Below are positions 8,123 through 19,400 of a DNA stretch of 64,000 nucleotides, one piece after another (position 1 is the stretch's first letter; each line of letters opens with the position of its first letter). The notes beneath the pieces are model-generated. The model was not told the origin of the DNA and did not search any database. It worked only from the letters and a program-made list of their open reading frames with translations. The DNA comes from Planctomycetota bacterium (GTDB lineage Bacteria; Planctomycetota; JAJSAM01; JAJVHW01), in assembly GCA_024280885.1 (NCBI GenBank), contig JAJRPF010000008.1, forward strand, positions 11,707 to 75,706, written 5' to 3'. The translations under genes were made by a program, and so were the position numbers.

Positions 8123-10990
8123 CTACTTGGCGTTGTGTTCTAGGAGCTGGGTGAAGGTGCCGCCGCCCTGGTGGGCGAGGCGCTGGAGGAACGTCTCGTT
8201 CACTCCGAGATTGCCGTAAACGACGACGTAGATGCGGGCGCGGGCGTAGCGGTTGACCTCGGTGAACCAGCGCAGGAATTGCTCCGGCTCCACGACGTCG
8301 CCGATCGTCGGGCTGCCGTCCGTCAGGAGATGCACCGTGTCGGCGCTGTCCGGCAGTGACGGCGACGTCCACGTGCGCTCGCCGATCTCCAGTGCGGCGC
8401 CGAGCGCGCCGTGGAAGTTCGTCTCGCCCCATGGCGATCGGCTCCGCGCGAACGACGCTCCACCGCGCTTGTTGCCGGCGCTCGCCGGAACGAGTGCGTT
8501 CTTCCACGTCGCGACGTCGCTCGCGAAGGCGACGACGTTGAACACGGCGCGCGGGTCGAGTTGCTCGATCGCGTGCCGCAGCTCGATGCGCGACATCTCG
8601 GAGATTGTCGGATTGCCCGGCCCATAACTCCCGAGCAGACGCTCCTTCGTTCCGGGTGACGGGCTGAAGTTACGGTTCGTGCTGCGGCTCGTGTCGATCA
8701 CGAAGACGATGCGTTGCGAGAAGATGCGCTCGCCATAGACCGTCGGCGTGTTGTCGGGCGCGTAGCGCCCCGGTTCCTCGGGCTTCGGCTTCGGGCCCGT
8801 GATCGCGAAACCGCCGCGCTCGTTCGCCGAGCGCTCTTCCAGACGCCACCAGCCCTTCCACTTCTCGACGTCGTTGCCCATGTCCTCGCCGGAGAGGCGC
8901 CGCAGCGTGGCGAAGATCTCCTCGCGGACGCGCCCGCCCTCCTTCTCTGCGCGCTCGAGTAGTGGCGGGATGCTCTCGGGCGCGCCGATCTCCGCCAGTG
9001 TCTGCGCCGCTGCGATCCGCACTTGCCAGCGGGCGTGGGAGAGGTTCTTCGCGATGAGCGGAAGACACGTCGAATTCACTTCCTCACCGAACGCAGCGAG
9101 TGCGTCCATCGCGGCGATGCGCGTCTTGGGGGATGTGTCTTGAGAGAGCGCGCGGATCCCCGACTGCGCGTTGAAGTCGCGGAGTGCGGCCGAAGCCAGT
9201 GCCGACTCCGCGCGCACCAACCAGTGCGCGTCCTTGACCAGTGGGCGGAGCGCGTCCTTCGCGTTCGTGAGTCGCAGGAGTCGCACCGCCCGCGCCGCGT
9301 AGGCCCGCGAGAGCGGTCGCGCGGCCGACAGTCCGTGTTCCCAAATCGCGCGCCTGGCCGCTGCGTCCTCGACCTTCAGCAGTACGTCCAGGCCGGTCTC
9401 GCGAACACGATCGCTGCGAACGATCCCCACGAGATCGAGCAGAGCGGCGATCTCCAGCGGATCGGTGATCCTCCCCAGCGCGCGGATCCCCGCTTCGAGG
9501 TCGGCGGGGTCCATCATCGCGTTGAGCTTCCTGGCCGACGGTGTCTCGACGTCGGCCGCCTCGCTCGCGTCCTTCCCGAGGAGACGCGCAACCCACGCTT
9601 CGTGGAATGCCTCCGGGCTCATACCCAGATGATCCTCGAATGCCTCGCGCACGTCCCGTTCCTTGCGCAGATCCGCGAGTAGGTCAACCCACGGTTCGCG
9701 CCAGTCGTCCGACTCAAACGCCACGTCGAAGTAGCTCCAGCATTGGCGGCGCTCCTCGAGATTGAGGTGTCCGAGCGAGCTCGCTGCAAGCAGTTTCGCA
9801 ATCGGCGCGAGGTCTCCGCTACGCGCCCGGTTTTTCAACTTCTTACGCCAGTCCTTGCCGCTCCCCGAGATCTTCTGCTGTTCGCCGGTGCAGTAGTAGA
9901 CGACGTCACGGTGCTTCTCGACGCGCTTGTTGAACCAGTGCGCGATGCCGACGAACGCCCAGCGCGGCATCGTGCGGTTCTCGCCATTGCGTCCGATCCA
10001 GCACGTGATCATGACGTGCGCCATCAAGTGTCGCATCGCTCCGTGCAGCGCGTAGTCGTCGCCCGCGAGCGACCGCGCGGCCGCGGCCGACTGCTTCATG
10101 CGCTGCAACGGAACGCAGAAGCCGTTCAGGCAGAAGCCCTCGGAGATCGCGGAGTCACCGCGCCCCTGATACGAGCTGTAGATCATGTGGTTGCGCGAGT
10201 TGCGAAAGTACGACGCCTGCAACTTGCGGCCATCGGTCTCGCTCTTCGGTAGGTAGATGCCCATCGGGCGCAACAACTTCACGCGTCCGTTCATGACCTT
10301 GCCGAACTCGGTGTACGCCTGCTCGGCGCGTTGCACCATCAGGTGTGCATACTCGTGCGTCGTCGCGACGCGCACCTTCCCGGACTCGGACATCAGCTTG
10401 ATCTTGGGGATGTCCGTGACGACGTAGAAATGCCGCGAGTACGCCACCACCACGCGCTTCTCGTCGAACCATTGCTTCTCGATCGCGAGTTGCTTCTCCA
10501 TCGAAGAGCGCGCGTCCTGGCGCATGGCGTCCTTCTCGAAAGGGTCACCGTGGTCGCCGTCGCACCGCGGACAACTCGCACGCCCGGGGAACGGACAGCA
10601 CGTCGTGTTCGCGAGACACGCGCTGCAGTTGATCTTCCACGAGAGCGCGTGACGCTTGAGAAAGCACGCCATCCGATTGGACGCCATGCACGCCGCGTTG
10701 AAGCCCTTCGGTATCTCCCGCCCGGCGACGCAGAGCGCGCCCGACGCGCATTTCTCGCAGGGTCGTGGATCGTCGGGCGCCGCAACGGGCGCGTTCAGGA
10801 AGTGGTAGCAAGCCTGACGGTAGACGCAATGACAGCGCGCCTCGTCGGCGCCCGCCTCGTCGTCCTGCGCCGCGGCGCGGCGCCCGAACGGACCGATCAC
10901 GCACGCCGCCACCAGCAATGCAATCGCGAGAGCGCGCATCCATGCTCGTCGCTCGGAGATCGTCTGCGACATCATCTGCGATCCGTCCAT
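8123..10990 (-). CDS. secreted multidomain protein: Cys-rich module + HExxH metallopeptidase-like domain (DUF1570-like) + HEAT/PBS repeats + C-terminal von Willebrand factor A domain
   Basis: Start placed at MDGSQMM (residue 187 of the track ORF): GGGAGGAAGG 6 nt upstream, and further upstream would overlap gene 11070-12029. Signal peptide MRALAIALLVAACV. A ~12-Cys module follows. HExxH is ATTHEYAHLMVQ. HEAT-like repeats follow. vWA MIDAS motifs VFVIDTSRS...TNFHGAL...LLTDGSPT. Confidence 0.75.
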   Translation of the reverse strand: MDGSQMMSQTISERRAWMRALAIALLVAACVIGPFGRRAAAQDDEAGADEARCHCVYRQACYHFLNAPVAAPDDPRPCEKCASGALCVAGREIPKGFNAACMASNRMACFLKRHALSWKINCSACLANTTCCPFPGRASCPRCDGDHGDPFEKDAMRQDARSSMEKQLAIEKQWFDEKRVVVAYSRHFYVVTDIPKIKLMSESGKVRVATTHEYAHLMVQRAEQAYTEFGKVMNGRVKLLRPMGIYLPKSETDGRKLQASYFRNSRNHMIYSSYQGRGDSAISEGFCLNGFCVPLQRMKQSAAAARSLAGDDYALHGAMRHLMAHVMITCWIGRNGENRTMPRWAFVGIAHWFNKRVEKHRDVVYYCTGEQQKISGSGKDWRKKLKNRARSGDLAPIAKLLAASSLGHLNLEERRQCWSYFDVAFESDDWREPWVDLLADLRKERDVREAFEDHLGMSPEAFHEAWVARLLGKDASEAADVETPSARKLNAMMDPADLEAGIRALGRITDPLEIAALLDLVGIVRSDRVRETGLDVLLKVEDAAARRAIWEHGLSAARPLSRAYAARAVRLLRLTNAKDALRPLVKDAHWLVRAESALASAALRDFNAQSGIRALSQDTSPKTRIAAMDALAAFGEEVNSTCLPLIAKNLSHARWQVRIAAAQTLAEIGAPESIPPLLERAEKEGGRVREEIFATLRRLSGEDMGNDVEKWKGWWRLEERSANERGGFAITGPKPKPEEPGRYAPDNTPTVYGERIFSQRIVFVIDTSRSTNRNFSPSPGTKERLLGSYGPGNPTISEMSRIELRHAIEQLDPRAVFNVVAFASDVATWKNALVPASAGNKRGGASFARSRSPWGETNFHGALGAALEIGERTWTSPSLPDSADTVHLLTDGSPTIGDVVEPEQFLRWFTEVNRYARARIYVVVYGNLGVNETFLQRLAHQGGGTFTQLLEHNAK

Positions 10991-11069
10991 CGAGGACCTT
11001 CCTCCCGAGCCGAGGGATCCAACCACCCGGGCTCCTGTCTCGCGCTTCCACAGGGTACCGGAAGCTGCG

Positions 11070-12029
11070 CTACTTGGGCGGCAGGCGTTCGATCGTGCAG
11101 CGGAGTTCCGCCGTCTCGCGCCACGCCGGGTCCGCCGCGTCCCGGACGTCGATCTCCAGCGTCCACTCGAGCGTGTTCGGCAGCCCGTCATCCCACGCAA
11201 GACTCGCATTGCCCGCGAACGATGCGGCTTCGAGGCGCAATCGCGACAGACGAGTGGCACGTGTGAGCACCTCGTCCTCGGACGCCGCGCGCTGCGCACG
11301 TCCGGCGGCTCCCCAAGCGCGAAGCAGCACGGGCTTGCCGGAGACGTCAAACGTGATCGACGCACCGTCGCGCGCGAGCACTGCCGTCTGCGTCTCGACC
11401 TTGACGCCTGGCCCCCATAATGCGGCGACGAACTCCACGTCCGACTTCCACGGACCGTCTCCGTGGGCCAACGGAACGAAGAAGAGCGCCGGATCGGAGA
11501 GGAGGTGTTCGAGGAGTGCCGAGCCGACGTCTTCGGCGCGGTTGTCATCCACGCGCTCTGCGATCCGCGGATCGATCGTCGGGTCCGCCACGAACCCGTG
11601 CGTATCGACGATGCAACTCGCCGCCGTACCGGTACTCACTGCCCAGAACGCCGCGAACTCCACCGCGATGTCGCTCTCGGGGTCCTCGAGTACCTCGGTC
11701 ACCGCGGCGTATCCGCGATCCGTCGTGTCGAGCGCTGGAGCGCCGTCGAGGCCGCCCACCCACACACGCGCCCGTCCGTATTCGATACCGACGTGCCACG
11801 CACCATCGGCCACCTCGCGCAAACAGCGGAGTCTGACGTTCTGCGCCACCCTGATCTCTGGCTGCTCCTCGCCGTCCACGAGGACCCCCGTCAGCTCGAG
11901 TGTCTGCACGTACTCGATGGCATCGCCCGCCGAGAGCGCAACGTGCGCGTCGCGGTCGCCACCACTGCATGCGGACACAACGAGGCCGCCGAGCACGAGA
12001 AGGGAGAGAGGGACCACACGGCGAGACAT
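11070..12029 (-). CDS. lipoprotein of unknown function
   Basis: N-terminus MSRRVVPLSLLVLGGLVVSACSGG fits a lipobox. 12-nt gap to the methyltransferase gene. Confidence 0.6.
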   Translation of the reverse strand: MSRRVVPLSLLVLGGLVVSACSGGDRDAHVALSAGDAIEYVQTLELTGVLVDGEEQPEIRVAQNVRLRCLREVADGAWHVGIEYGRARVWVGGLDGAPALDTTDRGYAAVTEVLEDPESDIAVEFAAFWAVSTGTAASCIVDTHGFVADPTIDPRIAERVDDNRAEDVGSALLEHLLSDPALFFVPLAHGDGPWKSDVEFVAALWGPGVKVETQTAVLARDGASITFDVSGKPVLLRAWGAAGRAQRAASEDEVLTRATRLSRLRLEAASFAGNASLAWDDGLPNTLEWTLEIDVRDAADPAWRETAELRCTIERLPPK

Positions 12030-12041
12030 CGTCAGCGCAGA

Positions 12042-12857
12042 CTACGCGCTCGCGGCGCGAAGGACCCAGACCTGCTCTCGCCCGTATGTTGGCGGCGCGC
12101 CCTTGAAGTCCCCGTACTCCGCCTCGACAACGAGTCCGCACAGTTCGACGAGATGCCGCATCTCCTGTCGATACGTCCACCGGAGCGCGAGGCGGTCCGT
12201 CTCTCTGCGGATCTCCGTGCCGTCCGCGTCTCGCTCTATGAAGATGAACCGCTCTTCGATCACCTGACGCAATGGGTTCGTCGACATGCGCTTGTTCCAG
12301 ATCTCGACCGTCGTGCCGCTCGGCAGCGCGTACGTGCCACACGACTCGTTCACGGAATCACGCGTCGGAGCGAGGAGATCGAGCCGTGGGTCGAAGAGAT
12401 CGATCACGAGTCGGCCGTCGGGTGCCAGATGCTCGCGCAGCGCTGTGAGAGAGGCGCGTTGCGCGACCGTCGTGAGCAGCACCTGCCACGTTCGAAACGT
12501 GACGAGAATGAGCGGGAAGAGACGACCGAGGTCCGGCTGCGCGACGTCGCCGCTGCAGAACGTCACGCGTTCGGCGGCTTGTGCGTCGGGCGCCTTTACT
12601 GCTGCGGCCTTGCGCATGGCAGCGGAGAGATCCACGGCAACGACTTCGAAGCCCGCCTCCGCGAGCGGCCACGTCACGCGCCCGGTTCCGCATCCGAACT
12701 CGGCGATCGGCCCGCCGAGGCGACGAGCGAGATCGACGTAGAAGGCGACATCGCCTTCCACGGGTGTCTGGGGAATCAGGGCTGCATGTGCCGCGTCGTA
12801 GCTCCGAACCGAGAGCCCCTCCTCCGCGCAGAGACGCCGCGTCACTTGATCAACCAC
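12042..12857 (-). CDS. class I SAM-dependent methyltransferase
   Basis: Motif I EFGCGTGRVTWPLAEAGFEVVAVDLS. GTG start 1 nt after the stop of the upstream 959-aa gene. Confidence 0.8.
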   Translation of the reverse strand: MVDQVTRRLCAEEGLSVRSYDAAHAALIPQTPVEGDVAFYVDLARRLGGPIAEFGCGTGRVTWPLAEAGFEVVAVDLSAAMRKAAAVKAPDAQAAERVTFCSGDVAQPDLGRLFPLILVTFRTWQVLLTTVAQRASLTALREHLAPDGRLVIDLFDPRLDLLAPTRDSVNESCGTYALPSGTTVEIWNKRMSTNPLRQVIEERFIFIERDADGTEIRRETDRLALRWTYRQEMRHLVELCGLVVEAEYGDFKGAPPTYGREQVWVLRAASA

Positions 12858-12858
12858 A

Positions 12859-15738
12859 TCACTTGACCAACGACAGCAAGAACACCTTGAACTTCTCGTG
12901 CATGTCCTCGCCGCTCTCGAAGCCGAACCGCGTCGACGGGTCCTTCACTGAGCTGCTTCCGTAGTAGTTGCGCATGTACTTGATGAGCGCCTGGCGCCCC
13001 TCGTCACCGCAGCGATTCATGAGGAAGAAGACGAGGCTGCCCGACTGCTCGTAGAAGAGCGCGCGGTAGTCGAAGCGGCGGTTGCCGACCGTGTTGCGAA
13101 GGTCGACGTCGGCGATGTGCTTCTCGGGGATCTTCGAGAATTGGACCTGTGTCATCGCGACGAGTTCCGCCGTGTTGAGCAACTTGTCGATGCGCGCGAC
13201 CTGCGAGCAGCCATCGAGCGACGTGACCGTCGGATCATCGAGTCTGCCCTGGCGGCGCCCCATCTCCATCGACTGGTCTTCCATGAAGCGGGCGAATCCC
13301 TCGACGACGAAGTAACCGGGAATCCCCGCGCTGCCGCCCCGCGAACGCCCGCCGAGCCAGCGCATCGAGAGCCAGTGGTGCGTCAGCTCGTGCGCGAGCG
13401 TCTTCAGCAGATTGAGTGGTACTCTGTCGCTGCCGTCACGCGCCTTCGATACGTAGAAGCGACTGACGTTCTCGCCCGGGGAGTAGTACCCCGCGGACCA
13501 CGGCATGGCCTGACCACCGTCGGGGGTTCGCTCGGCGAGATACTCCTCGCGATTCTTGTGGATGCGCACGTCGAGCGGCTGTTTGCGATTGGCCTTGCCC
13601 TTCCCGAGCAAGCTTTCGAGTCCGCGCACCGTGCCCTCGCCGATGCGCAGGCACTCACCCACGACGTTGATGTCGGCGCTGCGCGAGAAGAGCATGACGT
13701 TGCGCGTGCGGAGACCGAGCGTGTCCTCCGTCCACGGCTTATTGCGTGCTTGCTTCCAGAGCCCGTTGGACTTCGAGATGAAGCGCCCGCCCGACGGCAC
13801 GATCGCCTTCGCCCACGTGAACCACACGCGCCCGGGGTTGGGCGCGTCAGCGAAGGGGAAGCCCTCTGGGATGAGCTTCTTCGCGCGCGCGTCGATCTCC
13901 GCCGCATCCACACCCTCGCGTTCGACGTACTCGAGCAACGCGGTCGCGGCGCCTTCGTACTCGCGGCTCTCACACCATTCGATCGCGCTCCAGATGGCCG
14001 CGACGCCCTTCGCTCGTGCCTTGTCTTCGATCGGCCCGAGGCGCTTCTTCTTCATGTCCGAGTTCGCGTTCTCGGTCTTGCTGGCGATGCTCGATTGATA
14101 GGTCTCGACGAGTGCGTCGCCCGCGTTGTAGCGCCGCATGTCGGCGAGAACGCGGCGGGCATCTTTCAGTAGTCTCTCCTTGCGGTACGCTTCGAAGGCG
14201 GGCTGCAGACCCTGCACGAAGACGCCGTCCAGGATGTTCTTCCAGGCTGCGAGCACGGCCGGTTCTTCGCCACGCAACGTGACCTCGCCGCCCGCCTCGC
14301 CGAGCGCGATATCGTCGAGTGCGAACTCCTCCGCTTCACCGGACTTCGGCGTGACCTTCACCGCGTCGCCGACGCGTTCGAACGTGCCGACGATCTTGCG
14401 GCCCGAGCGGAGGAAGACGCCGTCGCCATCGGTTGGTGGCGGTGCGGCGACTTCGGCGCCCGCGACGGCGGCACTCTCGGGATCGCTGCTGACCACTGCG
14501 TCGGGTTCCGCGAGGCAGATCAACTCATTCGTCTCGGTCCCGAGCATGACGAAGGCGTCCGCGACCGGTGTCACCGTCGTGATCTTCGGCAGATCCGGGA
14601 GGACCCACATCGTGCGGCCGGTGGCGGCGTCCATCGCCCAGTTGCCGAAGCAGACCGTGTTGCCCCAGGCGACGGCCGGACCCGGACGAGCGCCCTGCGG
14701 CAGCGATCCGCGCTCCGTGAGGGCGCGTCCCCCGCGTTCCGCAGTCACCATGTTCAGCGTCGTGTCCCTGGCGAAGCCATAGGCCTTGCCGCCACTCTGC
14801 GCCGGAGGCGTGATGATGTCGGATGCCTTGCGCTTCTTCACCTCGTCGGGGTGGAGCGCCATCGTTCCTGAGAAACCCGAGCCGTTGCCGCGCCCGGTCA
14901 GGAGCCACGAGCCCTCTTTCTTGCCCTGGAGCCAACCCATGACGAGCGCGCGTTGCGCGTCTCCGCCCGGCTCGCTTCCAACGCGGTTGAGTTCGTGGGT
15001 CGTCAGCGATCCAAACGACGGCTTCTTCGTCCCGAGTCCCTTGAGCGCCGTCACATGCATGTAGAGCTTGGCGTCATCGATGGACTGATACGTGCCAGCG
15101 ATCTGCACGCTGCGCTTGCCGCGCCGCACACCCAGCATCGCGTAGGGAATCTGCCCACTCACCTCGTCGTCTGGCCCGAGCCAGCGCGTCTTCGCGTATT
15201 CGCGCCCCTTCAAGGCGTCGAACATCTTCAGTTCCGCACCGTCGCGCACGATGACAAGGCCGTCGATGACGCTCTGGCCGCCGATGAACGCGCCCTTCTT
15301 CCGCCACGGGTTGCCAAGCTTTCCGCCCTTGAGCGGGAACCCGCGCAGGCTCTTCTCCTGACAGACGATGACGCGTCCCTGCCAAGCTGCAAGCGTGGCC
15401 CACAGGCCCTTTCCGAGGCCCCGCTCGTGTACCTTCGTGCCGCGGCGCGCGTGATATGCCTGCAAGATGAGCTTGTCGCGATCGGCGACGACCACGTACA
15501 CGATCCCGCCCCAGGTGACGGGTTCGCAGACGAGTGGTCCCGGCAGCTGCGCCTTCCACGCGATCGTGGGTTCGGCCGCGACCGGTGCGAAGGCGCTCAT
15601 GCCGGTGCGCGCCTCGTCGCCACGCGCTTGATTCCATTCGCGCGGCGCGCTGTCCTGCGCGTGCGCGTCCATCGGGGCGCTCCCCACGCCGAGTGCCGCC
15701 ACCAAGGCCAGGGTCACGATCACCGCTCGTCGCATCAT
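12859..15738 (-). CDS. secreted PQQ-like beta-propeller + HExxH metallopeptidase-like (DUF1570-like) protein
   Basis: Signal peptide MMRRAVIVTLALVAALGVGSAPMDAHA. PQQ/BamB-like repeats WGGIVYVVVADRDKLILQAYHARRG. C-terminal LKTLAHELTHHWLS. GGAGGG upstream of the ATG. Confidence 0.8.
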   Translation of the reverse strand: MMRRAVIVTLALVAALGVGSAPMDAHAQDSAPREWNQARGDEARTGMSAFAPVAAEPTIAWKAQLPGPLVCEPVTWGGIVYVVVADRDKLILQAYHARRGTKVHERGLGKGLWATLAAWQGRVIVCQEKSLRGFPLKGGKLGNPWRKKGAFIGGQSVIDGLVIVRDGAELKMFDALKGREYAKTRWLGPDDEVSGQIPYAMLGVRRGKRSVQIAGTYQSIDDAKLYMHVTALKGLGTKKPSFGSLTTHELNRVGSEPGGDAQRALVMGWLQGKKEGSWLLTGRGNGSGFSGTMALHPDEVKKRKASDIITPPAQSGGKAYGFARDTTLNMVTAERGGRALTERGSLPQGARPGPAVAWGNTVCFGNWAMDAATGRTMWVLPDLPKITTVTPVADAFVMLGTETNELICLAEPDAVVSSDPESAAVAGAEVAAPPPTDGDGVFLRSGRKIVGTFERVGDAVKVTPKSGEAEEFALDDIALGEAGGEVTLRGEEPAVLAAWKNILDGVFVQGLQPAFEAYRKERLLKDARRVLADMRRYNAGDALVETYQSSIASKTENANSDMKKKRLGPIEDKARAKGVAAIWSAIEWCESREYEGAATALLEYVEREGVDAAEIDARAKKLIPEGFPFADAPNPGRVWFTWAKAIVPSGGRFISKSNGLWKQARNKPWTEDTLGLRTRNVMLFSRSADINVVGECLRIGEGTVRGLESLLGKGKANRKQPLDVRIHKNREEYLAERTPDGGQAMPWSAGYYSPGENVSRFYVSKARDGSDRVPLNLLKTLAHELTHHWLSMRWLGGRSRGGSAGIPGYFVVEGFARFMEDQSMEMGRRQGRLDDPTVTSLDGCSQVARIDKLLNTAELVAMTQVQFSKIPEKHIADVDLRNTVGNRRFDYRALFYEQSGSLVFFLMNRCGDEGRQALIKYMRNYYGSSSVKDPSTRFGFESGEDMHEKFKVFLLSLVK

Positions 15739-15782
15739 CTACTTCCCTCCAAGTGGGTGCCGAGGGTACCCGCTCGCCTGCG

Positions 15783-16484
15783 TCAATTGGACCCTCCCCC
15801 GGAGAGGAAATAGCCCACCATGAGTTGAAGGACGATCGAGGCCTCGCCGACAGACCCTAGAACCTCGTGGAGTGAGTCCTCGATTGGCTCTCCCACTTCC
15901 GGCGCCGGAAGCCCGAACACCATGATCGCCAGGAGCGCAGCGTAGGGACTGACCAAGAGCAGCATTCCGGCGCCGCGTCCGAAGAGGACCCGGTTCCGCG
16001 GGCGCGCCTGCCACGTCACGAACGCGACGAGGCTGAGCACGACCACCGCGGGCGTGTACCAGCGGGCGAAGAGCAGCAGCCACGGTCCGCCAGGCCACTC
16101 CGCCGGAGGCATGTCCAGGCCGCGCGTGACGAGGAAGGAGATCACCGCGGCAGCGAGCGGCAGCACCAGGAAGAAGAGGCCCGCTGCGATCGGGCCGATC
16201 GCCCGCCTCACACGTTCCTCGCCCTGCTGCATGCAACCCCAACCGAGGAGGCTCGCCGTCGCCAGCGCGACCACGACATAGAACGTCAATCGGTCGGGAT
16301 CGAGCATCTCCGGCCACGCGTCGTCGGGCGTCAGAGCCAGCGCGCCGGTTCCGACGAGCGCCGCCATTCCGACCACCCCGATCCACCACGAGACAGGAAT
16401 CAAGATCCGTCGCACGAGATCGGGGGCCTCGAACGCGACGCGTGCCGCATCCTCGATCCCCGTCCGTCGCTTCCGTCTGCCCAT
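15783..16484 (-). CDS. integral membrane protein (about 6 TM), unknown function
   Basis: Hydrophobic segments throughout. Fills the gap between the tricorn gene and the downstream operon. Confidence 0.5.
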   Translation of the reverse strand: MGRRKRRTGIEDAARVAFEAPDLVRRILIPVSWWIGVVGMAALVGTGALALTPDDAWPEMLDPDRLTFYVVVALATASLLGWGCMQQGEERVRRAIGPIAAGLFFLVLPLAAAVISFLVTRGLDMPPAEWPGGPWLLLFARWYTPAVVVLSLVAFVTWQARPRNRVLFGRGAGMLLLVSPYAALLAIMVFGLPAPEVGEPIEDSLHEVLGSVGEASIVLQLMVGYFLSGGGSN

Positions 16485-16499
16485 GCCGCGGCCGCCCGC

Positions 16500-19400
16500 T
16501 CAGGGCTTCGGGTAGCGCAGATCGGGGCGGGGGCCGAGGTCGGGCGGCACCGTCGGCGCGGCGTCGAGGCGGTGCATGACCTCCTTGATGGCGCGGTCGA
16601 GTTGAGGGTCGCGATCGTGCCACGCGTCGGAGGGCGTGCGATCCACCACGATGTCGGGCTCGACACCGTGGTTCTCGACGCCCCAGCCGGGGCCGTGGAA
16701 CCAGAATGCGTACTCCGGCTGCGTCGTGAAACCGCCGTCCACAAGATCCTTCGCGCGATCGATGCCCACCACGCCGCCCCATGTCCGCATGCCGATCAGC
16801 GGCCCGAGTCCGGTGACTTTCACCGCCTGACTGAAGATGTCGCCGTCGGAGCCCGCGTTCTCGTTCGTGAGGACGACCACGGGACCCATCGGCGCGTGAT
16901 ATGGATACGTGCGCGGGGCGTGATTCCAGCGCGCTGCCGTCCACCCGACGACCTGCCGTAGGAGCTTCGCCAGCAGGATGCTCGAGATGTTGCCACCGCC
17001 GTTGAAGCGGTTGTCGATCACGAACCCACTCTTCTGCGTCACCTGCCAGAGGAAGTGCCGGTGGAACTCGATCGCGCCCCCGAGGCTCATGTCGGGAATG
17101 TGAACGTAGCCGATCCGGCCGTCTGTCGCCGCATCGACTTTCAGTCGGTTCGTCTCGACCCAATCCCGGTAGCGCAGCGATTGTTCGGAGCCAGTCGGCG
17201 TGACGCAGACCTCGCGCGTGTTGGTGCCCTCGGCGTCGTCGGCGATCGTCAACGCCACGCTGCGGCCCGCCTTCTGGAGGAGGAACTCGCCGGGATGGAC
17301 GCAGCGCCCGGGTCCATCGCCGCCCACGGGATTGCCGTCCACCGCGAGCAGGTAGTCACCCACGCTCACGTTCTTGCCGGGCGCCGCGAGTGACGAGTGC
17401 TGCCCTTCGGCCCACACGTCGCCGGTGTAGATCCGCGCGATTCGCAGCGCGTTCGTGTCGTCATCGGCGCTCAGGTCGCAGCCAAGTTGCCCGGGTGCGT
17501 AGCGGCGCGCCTTCGAGAGGTCGCCGCCCATCGCGTAGGCGTGCGACGTGCCGAGTTCGCCCTGCATTTCCCACAGCAGGTCCGCGAGTTCCTCGCGCGT
17601 CCGCACGCGCTCGACCAGCGGTGCGTAGCGGCGCAGGCAGGCGTCCCAATCGACCTGCACCAGCTCCTTGTCGTAGAAGTGATCGCGCTGGAGCGCCCAT
17701 GCCTCCTCCAGGATCTGGCGATACTCCGCACGCGGGTCTGTCGCGAGTGTGATGCGTGAGAGATCCATCCAGCCGGTTGTGCGCGATACGCGCTCCTTGT
17801 CCTCGGTCGGCGGGAGTTCCGCGGGCTTGACCGCGGCGCCGAGCGCGCGGTAGCGCGTGCCGATGCGGTAGAGCCACGTCGAGCCGTCGGCCGACTCGCA
17901 CCAACCGCTCACTGACGGGAGCGCCGTGTCCACTTTGCGTTCGATCAGGTCGTATGTCTCGACGCTGTAGGGAGCGGCCTCCGGTCCGTCGCCTTCCCAC
18001 TCGATCCGCCAACCCCGCAACGGCAGCTTCAGGACCGCGACGGACGCGGCGGAGCAGCCGATCTTGTCGTAGCGTCCGGCGGGGAAGGGGAAAGGCACAG
18101 CGCGCTCGGCAATCCCGTCGAAGTCGATCTCGATCGGCTCCGTCACGCGCTCGGGCGCCTTCTCCGGCGGCACGACATCCGCCGCGAAGGGCGGCTCCTC
18201 ATCCTTGCGCAACATCAGCGCATACGCGCGGGTCGGCGCGACGAATGCGAAGTCGTGTTCGAGCGCGCTGCCGTAGGGGTCGAGATGGCGTGACGAGAGG
18301 AGCGCGAGGAAGCGTCCGGCGGGATCCCACGCGGGCGAGGAATCGACAAACTCGTCGCGGCTGACCCGCGCGATGGAGCCATCGGCGACGCTCCACACGA
18401 AGATGCGCGTGGACCACCAATCGGACGCCCGCGAGTACGCGAGCCACGTGGAGCACGGCGACCAGGCGAGATCGCGCACCCATTTGTTGCCCTTGTCATC
18501 GATGAGCGCGAAGTCGGCGCTCTCGCCGTCGTCGGCGAGCGTTGCGATATGGAGCCCGCGACCCTGATCCACGATGGCGATGCGTTTCCCGTCCGGGCTC
18601 GGCTCGATGGTGCGGATCCGCCGCCCGACGCCGCCGAGGATCGTGGCCTGCTCGAGATCGGTTCCGATGCCGGCGACCGGGATGGTGAGCAAGCGATCCT
18701 CGCCGTCGATCTGCCCAATGGCCACCATGCGGCCGTCGTCACCGACGAAGCGCGCTTCGCGGAGGCGGATGCCGTGCGGCGCCGCGACCACCCGAGCCGC
18801 GCCGTGCCAGTTCGGGAGATGTACGACGCGGCCACGCGTGGTGAAGAGCGTCTCCTTGCCGTCCGCCGACAGCGCCATCGACTGGATGCTCTTCGGCACG
18901 CCGACGAACTTGCGCTGCGTCGCGAGAGAGTGCCCGCGCACGGTGACCGGGATCTCGCGCGGCGTGGGCTCGTCAGTCGTCGTGTCCAGCAGGAAGAGGC
19001 GCGCGCCCGCCGTGAACACGATGCGCGTTCCGTCAGCTTGCGGCCAGCGGACGAAGAACTCCTGCTGCGACGTGACGCGACGGCGATTGCCGCCGTCGGC
19101 GTCGGCGACCCAGAGATCGCCCATGCCGTCCTGATCGGAGAGGAACCAGAGCTGATCCCCGATCCACATCGGACAGCCATCGGTCCGCGGGCCGCCCGGC
19201 AGCAGCTCGAACTCGCCGGTGGACCGACTGCCGATCCAGATACGTCCGGCGCGCCCGCCCTGATAGCGCTTCCACCACGCGGGATCGGATCCGTGTCGAT
19301 TGACGGCGACGCGCTCGCCGTCGGCGTGATACGCGATCGTGGACGCGCGCCCGAGTGGCATGCCCGTGACCGGTCCGCCTCCGGCCGGCACGCTCGCCAG

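Noticed and set aside
10765-12267. 500-aa plus-strand ORF and 11545-12342 minus ORF across the lipoprotein/MTase region; also the N-terminal 186 codons of track ORF 8123-11548
   Set aside because: Ser/Arg/Pro-rich. They overlap well-supported genes. The real start of the large gene has a GGGAGG SD at 10990.
15739-17163. 474-aa minus ORF and 18215-19180 minus ORF overlapping the membrane-protein and tricorn genes
   Set aside because: Extreme Arg/Gly/Pro bias and the wrong frame relative to clear PD40/PDZ/S41 motifs.
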